From Verrucomicrobiota bacterium (lineage in GTDB: Bacteria > Verrucomicrobiota > Verrucomicrobiia > Methylacidiphilales > Verrucolacustridaceae): DNA of 48,736 nt. The notes beneath the pieces are model-generated. The model searched no databases and had not been told where the DNA came from. It was given only the letters and a program-made list of their open reading frames with translations. Below are positions 9,250 through 18,667 of the stretch, one piece after another. Location: positions 1-48,736 of the forward strand of contig RFMG01000115.1 of assembly GCA_009927835.1 (NCBI GenBank), read 5' to 3'. A program made the position numbers and the translations under genes. Within the stretch, counting starts at the first letter, position 1. Each line of letters starts with the position of its first letter.

Positions 9250-9600
9250 CTGATTTTAAATTGGGGTCAGAGGTCGGTTACCCACCGCGTCGCCGCAGAG
9301 GTACCGGGTCTCCGGGTGCAGGAAGATGAAGTCGTTCGAAAGGCCATGGTCTTTAAGGCCTTTTACCAACTCGGGACAGATCGGGTTGTGACTCAAAGAT
9401 TCCTCCGTGCCGCTGGCAGAGTGACCGTGTAAAATATCTAGCGTCATTGAGATATTTTGCTCATTTTGATGAGTAATTTGTTTGATCCGCCGCAGCCCAC
9501 CTCGTGATTTTTTTGAATCAAAAGCACGGATATTCTTTCAATATGTCTTGTGACCAAGGGCGCCTGTTCCCAGGATAGTTCACGCCGGTTGCGAACTTCC

Positions 9601-11025
9601 ATGCCCCCTTCCCCCCTTTCCCCGCCCGCGGTTCCGGACCATATCCCCATCCCCAGAAAGCTTTGTTACGCCTCCGGCGCGATGGCCGACAACCTGATCA
9701 TGAACGCCTTCTCCTCTCTGGTGCTGCCGGTTTACAACATCGCCCTGTTCGTCAATCCGGTGTTACTGGGATGGGCCGTGGCGATTCCCCGGTTCTTCGA
9801 CGCGATCACCGATCCCATCATGGGCAGCATCTCCGACAACACTCGTTCCCGCTGGGGTCGCCGTCGCCCCTATATCTTTGCCGGGGCGATCGGTTGCGCG
9901 GTTCTTCTTCCTCTGCTGTGGATGTCTCCGTGGAAAGGCGAGTGGGGCGTTTTTACCTGGCTCACATTGGTGGGCATCCTGTATTTCCTCGCCTACACCG
10001 TTTTCATCATCCCTTACCAGGCCCTCGGTTTTGAGATGACCACGGACTACGACGAGCGGACCCGCCTGCTGGCCTGGCCGAACTATCTGGGAATGACCCT
10101 CTCCTTCTTTCTTCCTTGGCTGCCGCGGATGATCGAGTACCAGGGGTTTGGCGGAGCCGTCTCTGGTGCCATCTATGTCAGCCTGGGGGTCGGGGTCGTG
10201 ATCCTCATCACGGGCATTCTCCCTGCCCTGTTCGGCCGGGAAATTGCCGGGGCTGCAGACCAACCCGCCACGCCGTTTTGGGATTCCCTCCGGCAGGCCG
10301 CCAGCAACCGCGCGTTCGTCATTGTGGCCTTGGCAAACGTCATCGTCTTGGGTGGGCTCGCGACCATGGTCGGTTTGGGCCTGTATGTGAATATCTTCGT
10401 CCTCTACGGAGGGGACCGGGCGGCCGGCATGGCTCTGAGCGGGGTGGGGGGGTCCGTCTATGCGGGCGTTTCCTATCTGAGCGTGCTGTTGGCAGTGGCC
10501 ATGAACACTCGGTTGGGCAAAAAAGTCTCCGCCCAAATTTTGCTTAGCCTGACGCTCCTGGGGGTCTCCAGCCTCTGGTTCACCCTTCGCCCGGAACTTC
10601 CCTACCTGCAACTGGTCTCCACGGTCATCATCGGGCTGGGCCTCCAAGGCACCTGGATGACTTTTTTCACCATGGCCGGGGACGTCTGCGAGGAAGATGA
10701 GCTTGTGACCGGCCTGCGGCGGGAGGGGATCTTCAGTTCCGTCGGGGCGTTCTCAAGAAAAATGGCCGTGGCCGGCGCCGCCATCTTTAGTGGTTGGGTC
10801 CTCCATGCGGTTGGCTTCGATGCGGAAACCGCCGCCGGATCTGGGTTGACGCCGGAGGTGAGCCACAACCTGAAAGCCGCCTTCGTCGCAGGCCAGGCCC
10901 TGGTGTGTCTCGCCGGATTGGTCCTGATCAGTTTCTATCCCATCACCCGCGGCCGGGCCATCGAAACCCAGAAAATCCTCGCGGCCCGCCGCCGCCCGCA
11001 TCCCGAACCCACCGTTTCGCGTTAG
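9601..11025 (+). CDS. MFS glycoside-pentoside-hexuronide (MelB/GPH) family sugar transporter
   Basis: DAITDPIMGSISDNTRSRWGRRRPY, EMTTDYDERT, DEL.TG.RREG; ~12 TM segments. Confidence 0.92.
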   Translation: MPPSPLSPPAVPDHIPIPRKLCYASGAMADNLIMNAFSSLVLPVYNIALFVNPVLLGWAVAIPRFFDAITDPIMGSISDNTRSRWGRRRPYIFAGAIGCAVLLPLLWMSPWKGEWGVFTWLTLVGILYFLAYTVFIIPYQALGFEMTTDYDERTRLLAWPNYLGMTLSFFLPWLPRMIEYQGFGGAVSGAIYVSLGVGVVILITGILPALFGREIAGAADQPATPFWDSLRQAASNRAFVIVALANVIVLGGLATMVGLGLYVNIFVLYGGDRAAGMALSGVGGSVYAGVSYLSVLLAVAMNTRLGKKVSAQILLSLTLLGVSSLWFTLRPELPYLQLVSTVIIGLGLQGTWMTFFTMAGDVCEEDELVTGLRREGIFSSVGAFSRKMAVAGAAIFSGWVLHAVGFDAETAAGSGLTPEVSHNLKAAFVAGQALVCLAGLVLISFYPITRGRAIETQKILAARRRPHPEPTVSR

Positions 11026-14000
11026 CGCGCGCCGGCGGTCTCCGCCCGCAAAAGCGCCACCGGACCCAACAGCCCCGACGACTCCATGACCGAGTCCGGC
11101 TTGAGGGGGTTCTCCGTGGTCCAGGTGAGCCGTTGCGCCGCCGGCAACCCCGCATCCCCGATCAGGCGGTTGACCCAGAGGTTCGCCACGGTGATTTCCA
11201 GATCGTTGCGTCCCGCCCGCAACGCCCCGTTGGCCTTGACCTCCCAGGGCGCACACCAGACCACGCCCAGATCCTTACCGTTGAGGCGGACCCGGGCCAG
11301 GTTTCGGACGGTTCCCAAATCCAGAAAGAAATCGGGCCCCCCCGGTTTGGGTTCCAGGTTGCCGGGCAGGTCGAAACTTTGGCGGTAGATGGCCCGGCCC
11401 GAGTAGTATTTAATTCCGGCCTCGGCGGAGTCCTTCCAATCCACCAGCTTTTCAAAAGTGGTTTTTTCCGGCCCGCCCCACTTGGGATCAAAACTCACTT
11501 CCCAACTTCCCGTCAGGGCCAGAACCTCGCGCCGATCCGTAAAGTTTTTGGCCGGATCGCGGCCGGGATTTCCGGGCTGACGAAAGACCAAAAAATAGGA
11601 TTCCTCGGGCGAAAAACGCAGGGGAACGGACGTCCGCCCTGCCGTCACGCTGAAATCGGACAGCGTCCGGCGCTCGCCGCTGACCGGGTGCCACAGCTCC
11701 GGCAACCGGCCCGCAACGCGAAAGTCGCAGACCGCCGCCACCGGCTGGTTGGTGCGGTTGGACAAAAAATAAATCTCCGCCTCCGCCGTGCGGCGGTGGG
11801 TGTAGCGGATCGGGCCGGTGCTTTCAAAGTCGGGCTTCCGTCCGCCGGCAGCCAGCTCCTGGGCCAGCACGTCATACGGCGGATACGAGACCGAAACCAC
11901 CTGTTCCAGGCGGCCGGGGCGGCCCCAGGGTCCCCCGCCCAGCGGAACCTGAACCGTGGCCGGTTCCAAACTTCCCGAGGAGGGAGACGAAACCATCCAC
12001 GTGCCGTCGGTTTGCCAGCGCAAAACCTCCCCTCCCCCCGCCTGAATTTCCAAGGCGGCAATGAGCCCCGCCGGACCGGGCACCCCGTTGCCGGCCTCCA
12101 CCTCCAGTTCGTTTTCCCCGCCCCGCAAACGGCCGGCGAGGCTGAAGTCATACAGGGCCGACCATTTGTCCCCCCGCCCGAGCTCCACCCCGTTCAGCCG
12201 GGCAAGGAACGTGTCATCGGCCGTGAGAAAAATCCGGCCGGAAGCCTCCGGCAACGGATCGGGTAACTTGAAATTCAGCTTGAAGGTGCGGCTGCCAGGC
12301 GGGGCGAACAAGGCCTGGGCGGAGGACTCCGCCGTCCAGATCCATTGGGCACGCTCCAACGGATGAGGTTCGGGTCCGGTGGGGTTGCCTGCGCCTGTAA
12401 AGCCCGGGTCCCACTTGACCCGCCCGCCGCCCCAAAGCCGCTTGGCCAGTTTGCGGACTTCCGCATCGGCTTGGGGGAATCCGGCAAGCCCGGGCGCTTT
12501 TTGCGGGGGCGGCCCCACCACCTTCACCCCCGCGTCCGCTAGGTCGGAGATTTTCTGCAACAGGGGCAGGGACATCGTGGCCACCTCCGGCAGCACCAAC
12601 AGCTCGTAGCTGGTGCCCTTAGGAAAATGAGTCTTCCCGTCCTTGGCTTGCGCCCGGGCGAGGAAGGTGTCGGGGGCGCAACCATCGAAATTATAGCCCC
12701 GCCGGTCCGGCGGGCTCCCCACCGTGGCCGACGGCGGCGGACGAAAAACGTGGGGAGCACCCTCCGGCGTCAGAAACAGAATATCCGCGACCGCCTCCCC
12801 TTGGCGGAGGAGAAACTGACAGCGGCTGAGGTAGAGGTGAAAGGCCGAGGACAGGTCCCACCACGTCTGCGTACGATCCCAGTGGACGCCCCAAAGCCAC
12901 ATCCCCATGCCGGGGAACCGGTCCAGCCACGGTTGGTGCTGGAGGCGATGGACCGCGATCCGGTTGATGCCGGCGGCCAGCGCCCAATCCCCCAGATTTT
13001 TGATATTGCCCGGGTAGGCTCGCCAGTCCTCCCCCGGATTGGAGGTGAAGGATTCGGCCGCGACGATGGGCTTGCCCATGGTGTGGGCGATAGAGGCAGC
13101 CTGGATCACGCTGAAACTGCCGTCAAAATTCCCGCCGAATCCCAGCCACCAAAACTCGCCCATCGGCACATCCGCCAGGGCGCCGAGGCTCAGATCCGCC
13201 GTCGGGTTCAAATCATAAAACTCCATGGAGAACTCGAGCTTTTTTTGGTGCGCCCACTCCCGCAACGGCAGGATGGAGTTGGAAAACACCAGCTCCTGCG
13301 CCGTCTGGCGAACATCCCACAGGAACCGCTCCGTTTTCTCGACACTTTCCACCGCCCGGCCGGTGAAGGCGGGCAGATAGGGCAAAGGATCGTACCCCCG
13401 CAATTTTTTGAATTCGTCCCGGAAATTTCCCGACCAGTTCTGCGATCCCATTTCCCAGCTGTCAAAATGGACCGCCGCCCAGCCCCCCCCGTCCCCCGCC
13501 GGTTCGCCCCCCGCCGCCTTCCAAAGGGGATCCAGAAAACTACGCAGATGCAATTCGGTGGCGGCCCGGCTGAATTTGTCGGTTTCAAACCCCAGACCCG
13601 GCTCCGGCGCGGGACGGGTCGTCTGGCCCGTGGGGGTCTGCACCAACCGCAAAATCACCCACTCCCCGGGCGGAATCTTCCACCGCAGCTTCCCTGATGC
13701 ATCCATTTGCGAGGTGAGATCGAGGACTCCCTTCCCGGGAATCACCTCCTCCAGGGGCCATTCCGTCACCTCCGCCGGCAAGGGCAGGGAGGACTTCACC
13801 CCGGGCATCGAGGTGTACGGAGCGCGGTACACAAGGGTTTTCTCCTGCCAATCCGGCAGCTGGGAATTTCCCTTGGGCTTGGGAAAGGCCAGCACCGCCA
13901 CATCCCGGAAGGTCTTCTCCCACTGGGCGGCCAAGGCCGGCGTGAGGGTCTCCTTGCCAAAAAACGGCCGATGGGGCGGCGGCCGCGGCAGAACCGCATC

Positions 14001-14438
14001 GAAATCCCCCGGCCCGCTGGCCGGAGTTTCGCTGGCGGTCAGATGTTGCATGGATTGCTCCGGCGGAATCCAAGGACCGCCCGTGCCGCACCACCCCGGG
14101 CCCACCCCCATGGAAATCTGGATCCCGCAACGTTTGGCCTCGCGGATGGCGTGCCCAAACAGATCGATCCATTCCGGGCTCATGAACGCCACCGGGCCCC
14201 GGGGAACATGGGTGTTCACCTCCAACATGATGGCTCCCCCGATTCCCGCCGATTGCATCGCCTCCAGATCCGCGGTCAAACCCTCCCGGGTGCGGTTTCC
14301 ATCCATGAAATACCAGTAGACCCACGGCCGGGCCTCGGCCGGGGGTCGCGTGAACCCGTCTGCCAGCGGATCGGCCCCGGCCCAGGCTCCCAGCCCAACC
14401 CCCCAGACCCAACCTGCCAGAAAAAGCCTTCTTCCCAT
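11022..14438 (-). CDS. GH106 alpha-L-rhamnosidase-like glycoside hydrolase, secreted
   Basis: Signal peptide; RPWVYWYFMDGN..EGLTADLEAM..GIGG, DSWE, PMGEFW, AAESFT, C-terminal VANLWVNRLIGD..SGLLGPV. Confidence 0.9.
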   Translation of the reverse strand: MGRRLFLAGWVWGVGLGAWAGADPLADGFTRPPAEARPWVYWYFMDGNRTREGLTADLEAMQSAGIGGAIMLEVNTHVPRGPVAFMSPEWIDLFGHAIREAKRCGIQISMGVGPGWCGTGGPWIPPEQSMQHLTASETPASGPGDFDAVLPRPPPHRPFFGKETLTPALAAQWEKTFRDVAVLAFPKPKGNSQLPDWQEKTLVYRAPYTSMPGVKSSLPLPAEVTEWPLEEVIPGKGVLDLTSQMDASGKLRWKIPPGEWVILRLVQTPTGQTTRPAPEPGLGFETDKFSRAATELHLRSFLDPLWKAAGGEPAGDGGGWAAVHFDSWEMGSQNWSGNFRDEFKKLRGYDPLPYLPAFTGRAVESVEKTERFLWDVRQTAQELVFSNSILPLREWAHQKKLEFSMEFYDLNPTADLSLGALADVPMGEFWWLGFGGNFDGSFSVIQAASIAHTMGKPIVAAESFTSNPGEDWRAYPGNIKNLGDWALAAGINRIAVHRLQHQPWLDRFPGMGMWLWGVHWDRTQTWWDLSSAFHLYLSRCQFLLRQGEAVADILFLTPEGAPHVFRPPPSATVGSPPDRRGYNFDGCAPDTFLARAQAKDGKTHFPKGTSYELLVLPEVATMSLPLLQKISDLADAGVKVVGPPPQKAPGLAGFPQADAEVRKLAKRLWGGGRVKWDPGFTGAGNPTGPEPHPLERAQWIWTAESSAQALFAPPGSRTFKLNFKLPDPLPEASGRIFLTADDTFLARLNGVELGRGDKWSALYDFSLAGRLRGGENELEVEAGNGVPGPAGLIAALEIQAGGGEVLRWQTDGTWMVSSPSSGSLEPATVQVPLGGGPWGRPGRLEQVVSVSYPPYDVLAQELAAGGRKPDFESTGPIRYTHRRTAEAEIYFLSNRTNQPVAAVCDFRVAGRLPELWHPVSGERRTLSDFSVTAGRTSVPLRFSPEESYFLVFRQPGNPGRDPAKNFTDRREVLALTGSWEVSFDPKWGGPEKTTFEKLVDWKDSAEAGIKYYSGRAIYRQSFDLPGNLEPKPGGPDFFLDLGTVRNLARVRLNGKDLGVVWCAPWEVKANGALRAGRNDLEITVANLWVNRLIGDAGLPAAQRLTWTTENPLKPDSVMESSGLLGPVALLRAETAGAR

Positions 14439-14508
14439 TTGTATGAAATGATGACAAATCCCTCTACTCTTAGCAAATTCTCTCCCCGCGGAAAACCGCC
14501 CCGGGAAG

Positions 14509-15639
14509 TTATCGGCGCATCTTCAGCCGGTACGCGCGGGCCGTCATCCGGGTGCGCTGGGTAAACGCGCGGCTGAAGGTGATCATGCTGGTGAACCCGC
14601 AGGACCGGGCCACCTTGCCGATGGGTTGCTGGGTGGTGCGCAGGAGACGCTTGACCTCCTCCAACCGGACGCGCATGAGCTCCTTGGCCATGGGCAAGCC
14701 CACCTCCTTGGTGAACAGGGCGTAGATGGCAGAGCGCGAAATCGGCACCAGCCGGGACAACTGCTCCACCGACAAAGGCTCGCGGAAATGATCCCAGAGA
14801 TAGCGGAGGACCAGAAGCACGTGGGGATTGCTGACCGCCAGAAAATCCGTCGATTCCCGGGTGATGATTTCCCGCTTGGGCGGGACGCGCAGCGCGGAAC
14901 GCCGCGGGGACCCGCCCGACATCATCCGGGAAAGCTCCTTGGCCGCCTCATAGCCCAACCGCCGCAGGTCGGGATCGATGCTGGACAGAGTCTTGGACTG
15001 GAATTCGCAAAATAGCTTGTGATTCCCCGCCCCGAGAATGGCCACTTCCTCCGGCACCCGGATCCCCGCATCCACGCAGGCGTTGAGGATGATCACGGCG
15101 GTGTCGTCATTCTGGCACATCACCGCCGCCGGTTTGGCCGCCTCCTGCAGAACTGCCACCGCCCATTTCTGCACCTGCTGGTAATCGATGACGTGCTGCT
15201 CCCGCGTCTGTTTCCAGTAATGCATCTGGCAGGAATACCCCGCCGCCTTCAGGGCGGTCTGGAACCCGGTGGAAATTTCCCGCTCCAGACGGCTGCTCTG
15301 CACGTGCAGGAAGAAAAAATTCCGGTGCCTTTTTTCCAAAAAATACTCCGCCGCCATGGACCCGATGCGGGGATTGTCGCTGAGCACCTGGGTGAATTCC
15401 GTAAAATGGCCGCCCATGTCCACCACCGGGATGTGGAGCGAACGGATGTGCCGGGCCGCCGCCGGATAATCAATCAGGGCAATGACCCCGTCCCCCGCCC
15501 AGCCTCGGGGGAATTGCCGCGTGCGCGACATGTGCGCGTTTAAGATCCAGCTTTCCTGGCGGGCAAACTCGGCAATGCCGGTGTGGATGGCCTCGTCGTA
15601 CCAATCCAGGGCCATCAGGACCCGGCGACGTGTCTTCAT
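14509..15639 (-). CDS. XylR-type regulator (LacI-like sensor domain plus AraC HTH)
   Basis: CQNDDTA, GIRVPEEVAILG, LSSIDPD..LGYEAA, IITREST, AraC tail VARSCGFTSMITFSRAF. Confidence 0.9.
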   Translation of the reverse strand: MKTRRRVLMALDWYDEAIHTGIAEFARQESWILNAHMSRTRQFPRGWAGDGVIALIDYPAAARHIRSLHIPVVDMGGHFTEFTQVLSDNPRIGSMAAEYFLEKRHRNFFFLHVQSSRLEREISTGFQTALKAAGYSCQMHYWKQTREQHVIDYQQVQKWAVAVLQEAAKPAAVMCQNDDTAVIILNACVDAGIRVPEEVAILGAGNHKLFCEFQSKTLSSIDPDLRRLGYEAAKELSRMMSGGSPRRSALRVPPKREIITRESTDFLAVSNPHVLLVLRYLWDHFREPLSVEQLSRLVPISRSAIYALFTKEVGLPMAKELMRVRLEEVKRLLRTTQQPIGKVARSCGFTSMITFSRAFTQRTRMTARAYRLKMRR

Positions 15640-15689
15640 CAGGGCAGGATGGCCCCGTTTTGGACAAAATGAAAGATTTTTTAGCTCTG

Positions 15690-16331
15690 CTACGGAGTCG
15701 TTTCCGTGAGAGTCAGATCGCGGAGATCGACCGTGAAGGCAGTGCCGAGCCACGGGGAATTCGCCGGCAGCCGGAAATTGAAATAGATGGCCCGGATTCC
15801 CAGGTTGGCAAAATCCGGATCGGGGCCCAGCGGTTTCCCCGTGGGAGCCAGTAGCGCCTTGCCGCCGCGGCTGGCCCCCACCAGATCCTCAGGCAACCCC
15901 CAGGAAACCGGGTTCCACTCCCCGGGGATCAATCCCCCGCCGGCCTTCCCCTCCGGACCGGCGGCCCAAGGGCGGCCCGCCAAGGCCAACCCCGCGCGAT
16001 CCTCCAGATTCGCCACCACCTGCAATCCGGCATCCGCCCCGATCCCTTCCGGGCGGATCTCCACCTTCAGCCGGCGAAATTGCAGCGGCGCCAAATCCCA
16101 CACCACGAGAAATTCCGGCCGCGCCGCCGTCGGACGGGCATGGATGCGCAGAAAGGCGCCTTCTTTTTCCCGGACCACCTCCCAGCGTTCCACCCCCTGG
16201 GCGATCCGCAGGCACTGTGCAGGATTCCGCCAGCCATCGAAGGTCTCCCGGTAGACCACCCGGTCCGCCGCTTCCGCCCCCGGCCCCATGGCCATCCACC
16301 CGACGCACCCCAGAAAGATCCCCATTTTCAC
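15690..16331 (-). CDS. Secreted hypothetical protein (possible beta-sandwich/CBM-like)
   Basis: GTGA overlap with the upstream gene; signal peptide ending AEA-A; YRETFDG start and Trp-rich strands. Confidence 0.65.
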   Translation of the reverse strand: MKMGIFLGCVGWMAMGPGAEAADRVVYRETFDGWRNPAQCLRIAQGVERWEVVREKEGAFLRIHARPTAARPEFLVVWDLAPLQFRRLKVEIRPEGIGADAGLQVVANLEDRAGLALAGRPWAAGPEGKAGGGLIPGEWNPVSWGLPEDLVGASRGGKALLAPTGKPLGPDPDFANLGIRAIYFNFRLPANSPWLGTAFTVDLRDLTLTETTP

Positions 16332-18565
16332 GGCTGGGCCTTGACCTTTCCATCCGTTCCCAGCAGCCATCGGCCCGTGGCGGGAACCCGCAGGTGTCTT
16401 CTCCCGTCCGCCAGATTGTCCACCCGGGGCGAGGAAAGCGCGGTCGTGGCGGTGATTTTCCAGGGCTGCCCGGCGAACCGCAGCTCTTCCACCACCGCAC
16501 TTTTCCAGCCCCGGGGAAGCAGCGGGCTCACCCGCAGCCCGGCGGCGACCGGCTCAACCCCCAGGATCCCGTCCACAAAAAAGTAAGGAACGAGGCCCGA
16601 TTCCGGAAACTCCCGCAACAGGCCGAGGACGTGGGCGGACCCCTGCGCGTTGGCGGGACGGCGCCGGAGCTGGTCCCGGGCAACTTCCGCCAAAATTTTT
16701 TCCCGCAGCGGGCGCACCGCCGCCTCCCCCCCGTGGCGCCGGCGCCCGTGCAGGTCGTAGTAGGAAACATAAAAGATCCCGCCCCCGTTCTGGATCTGTT
16801 CCCCGTAGGCCCCGTTCCCCCCAGGTCCGAGGTCGAGCGCCCCGTTCCATGTCTGCACCGGGGAAACAGCGGCCCCGAAGGCATCCAGGGTGTTGGCTCG
16901 CGCGACAAACCCGAAATGGTAGATGTCCGCACCCTTGGAGGTGTCTCCCGCCACCTCCCGCTTCCCATCCAACCAGGCCAGGATCGAGTCGGCCTGGGCT
17001 TCCGTGGGAAGACCCATCGCCAGCGCCATGGCATTCACAAAGGTGAACCCGTAGTCGACCTTCCTTCCCTCCCGATCCACCCAACCCGCCATCCGCCCGG
17101 TCTCGGCATTCCAAAAAGTCTGCTGGTACCGTTCCCGCACCACCGGAAGAAGGTCCCGCAAGACCTTTGCCCGCTTGGTTTCCCCCAGAGCCTCCTCCAG
17201 TTCCACCATCGCGCCCAGAGATTCATAAAACAGTGCGTTGCCGTAGGCGCATTCATGGCCAAAGAGCCAGATGTCCCAGTAATTGGTTCCGCGGCTGCGC
17301 GGCGTGCCGTCCGCCTCCTCCCCGGGATACGTCACCAGCCCCGACCAGCCCCCGAGGTCTTCCAGCTGGTAGTCCATCGCGCGCCGCGCTTTGGCGAGGA
17401 TGGTCTCGCCGGTTTTCGAATCCGGACGATCGAGGAAGGCACGATCCCTCTGGAAAAGATAGTGGTGGGCCACGGCGCTCGGATAAATGGCGTTGTTCAC
17501 GTAGTGGACGGAGTGGTTGAGGTGCTTGCGCATATCCGGGGATGCCCAGAGCAGGCCGCTCTCCTCCCGTGGAACCCGGAGGAGAAACTCCTCCAGCCGC
17601 CGCGCCTCCGGATCCGCGCCGAGCCAGGAGAGTTTCCGGGCTCCCCACCCCAGCCATTCGGTGCTGCCGATACAGACCATCCCGCCCTCCAGCGGCCGAT
17701 CCGTCTCCCACCAGCCGTCGAACCGCTGGTGGACCTCGTTGCCGGCCAGACCAAAATTCAGCCACAGATTATTCCACGCTGCCACCTCACCAACCTCCGC
17801 TCCTTCCGCCCCGAACCGCGGCGGCCCACCCCCCAGGATCTCCACCGCTCGGAGGGCCCAGCCCGCCTCCCCGGCGGCGGCCCGTTCCGGCGGCCTCATA
17901 CCCGTCACCCCGATCCGCAGGCACCGCGCCATCAGACCCCGCAGGGGAATCCAGACCTCCTTCCGCCCCGGATCCGGAAAAAAAACAAAGTCCGCGCTCG
18001 GCACGGGAAACCAGGGACCCTCCGGGCCCAGAGACACCTGCAGGCAAAAATGCCAGGGGAAGCCCCCCTCCTTTTCCGGCGTCAACTTCAGCCATTCCCA
18101 GCGCTCCACGGTTTTCCCCTCCAGGGTCAGGCTGTGAATTCCCCCCGCCAGGCCCGGCTGGCCCCGGTACGGACCTTCCGACCGCTTCGGGCCGGCCACG
18201 CCGTCCGCCGTGACCCAGGCGGCTTCCCAGGGGATTTTTTTCCACCCCGGGTCCGGCCCCGGTTGGGGCTCGACCCGGCCCATCTTCCCCTCCGCCGTCC
18301 AGCCGGAGAGTCCCACCGCCTGCCAACGGACCTCGACCGGACCCGAACGGGTCGCGGGCACCGGCAGCCGGCAAGTCGCCTCGGCAAACCCCCGGGCGGA
18401 GGGAACCACCCGCCCGTCGGAAATTTCCCAAACGTAATACACCAGCTCCTGCCGCCCCCCCACCTGCGCCTCCAAGGGAAGCCAACCCTCTTCTTTCCCG
18501 CCCTGCGCGGATCCCCCCCAGGCAAGCCAGGCCGCCCCGAGGCCGATTAAAAAGATTTTTTTCAT
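16328..18565 (-). CDS. Secreted six-hairpin (alpha/alpha)6 glycosidase-like protein, family unassigned
   Basis: Real start MKKIFLIGLGAAWLAWGGSAQG at 18565. Motifs NYWD..FGHECAYGNALFYESL, YQQTFWN..TGR, DYGFTFVN, GILGVEP..GLRVSP.LP are typical of (alpha/alpha)6 GH architecture. Confidence 0.7.
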   Translation of the reverse strand: MKKIFLIGLGAAWLAWGGSAQGGKEEGWLPLEAQVGGRQELVYYVWEISDGRVVPSARGFAEATCRLPVPATRSGPVEVRWQAVGLSGWTAEGKMGRVEPQPGPDPGWKKIPWEAAWVTADGVAGPKRSEGPYRGQPGLAGGIHSLTLEGKTVERWEWLKLTPEKEGGFPWHFCLQVSLGPEGPWFPVPSADFVFFPDPGRKEVWIPLRGLMARCLRIGVTGMRPPERAAAGEAGWALRAVEILGGGPPRFGAEGAEVGEVAAWNNLWLNFGLAGNEVHQRFDGWWETDRPLEGGMVCIGSTEWLGWGARKLSWLGADPEARRLEEFLLRVPREESGLLWASPDMRKHLNHSVHYVNNAIYPSAVAHHYLFQRDRAFLDRPDSKTGETILAKARRAMDYQLEDLGGWSGLVTYPGEEADGTPRSRGTNYWDIWLFGHECAYGNALFYESLGAMVELEEALGETKRAKVLRDLLPVVRERYQQTFWNAETGRMAGWVDREGRKVDYGFTFVNAMALAMGLPTEAQADSILAWLDGKREVAGDTSKGADIYHFGFVARANTLDAFGAAVSPVQTWNGALDLGPGGNGAYGEQIQNGGGIFYVSYYDLHGRRRHGGEAAVRPLREKILAEVARDQLRRRPANAQGSAHVLGLLREFPESGLVPYFFVDGILGVEPVAAGLRVSPLLPRGWKSAVVEELRFAGQPWKITATTALSSPRVDNLADGRRHLRVPATGRWLLGTDGKVKAQP

Positions 18566-18667
18566 TTCCGGAACCAACCGTGGTCCTGAGGGCAGAATCC
18601 CAGAAGCCCGCCTGGCATGGCAATATCGTATGGTAAAAATTCCCTTGGATGCGATGATATATTTCCT

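Noticed and set aside
9256-9447. Possible remnant of an IS200/RAYT-like transposase (DARYF..LCQR)
   Set aside because: Needs several frameshifts and has no HUH motif; too weak to call.
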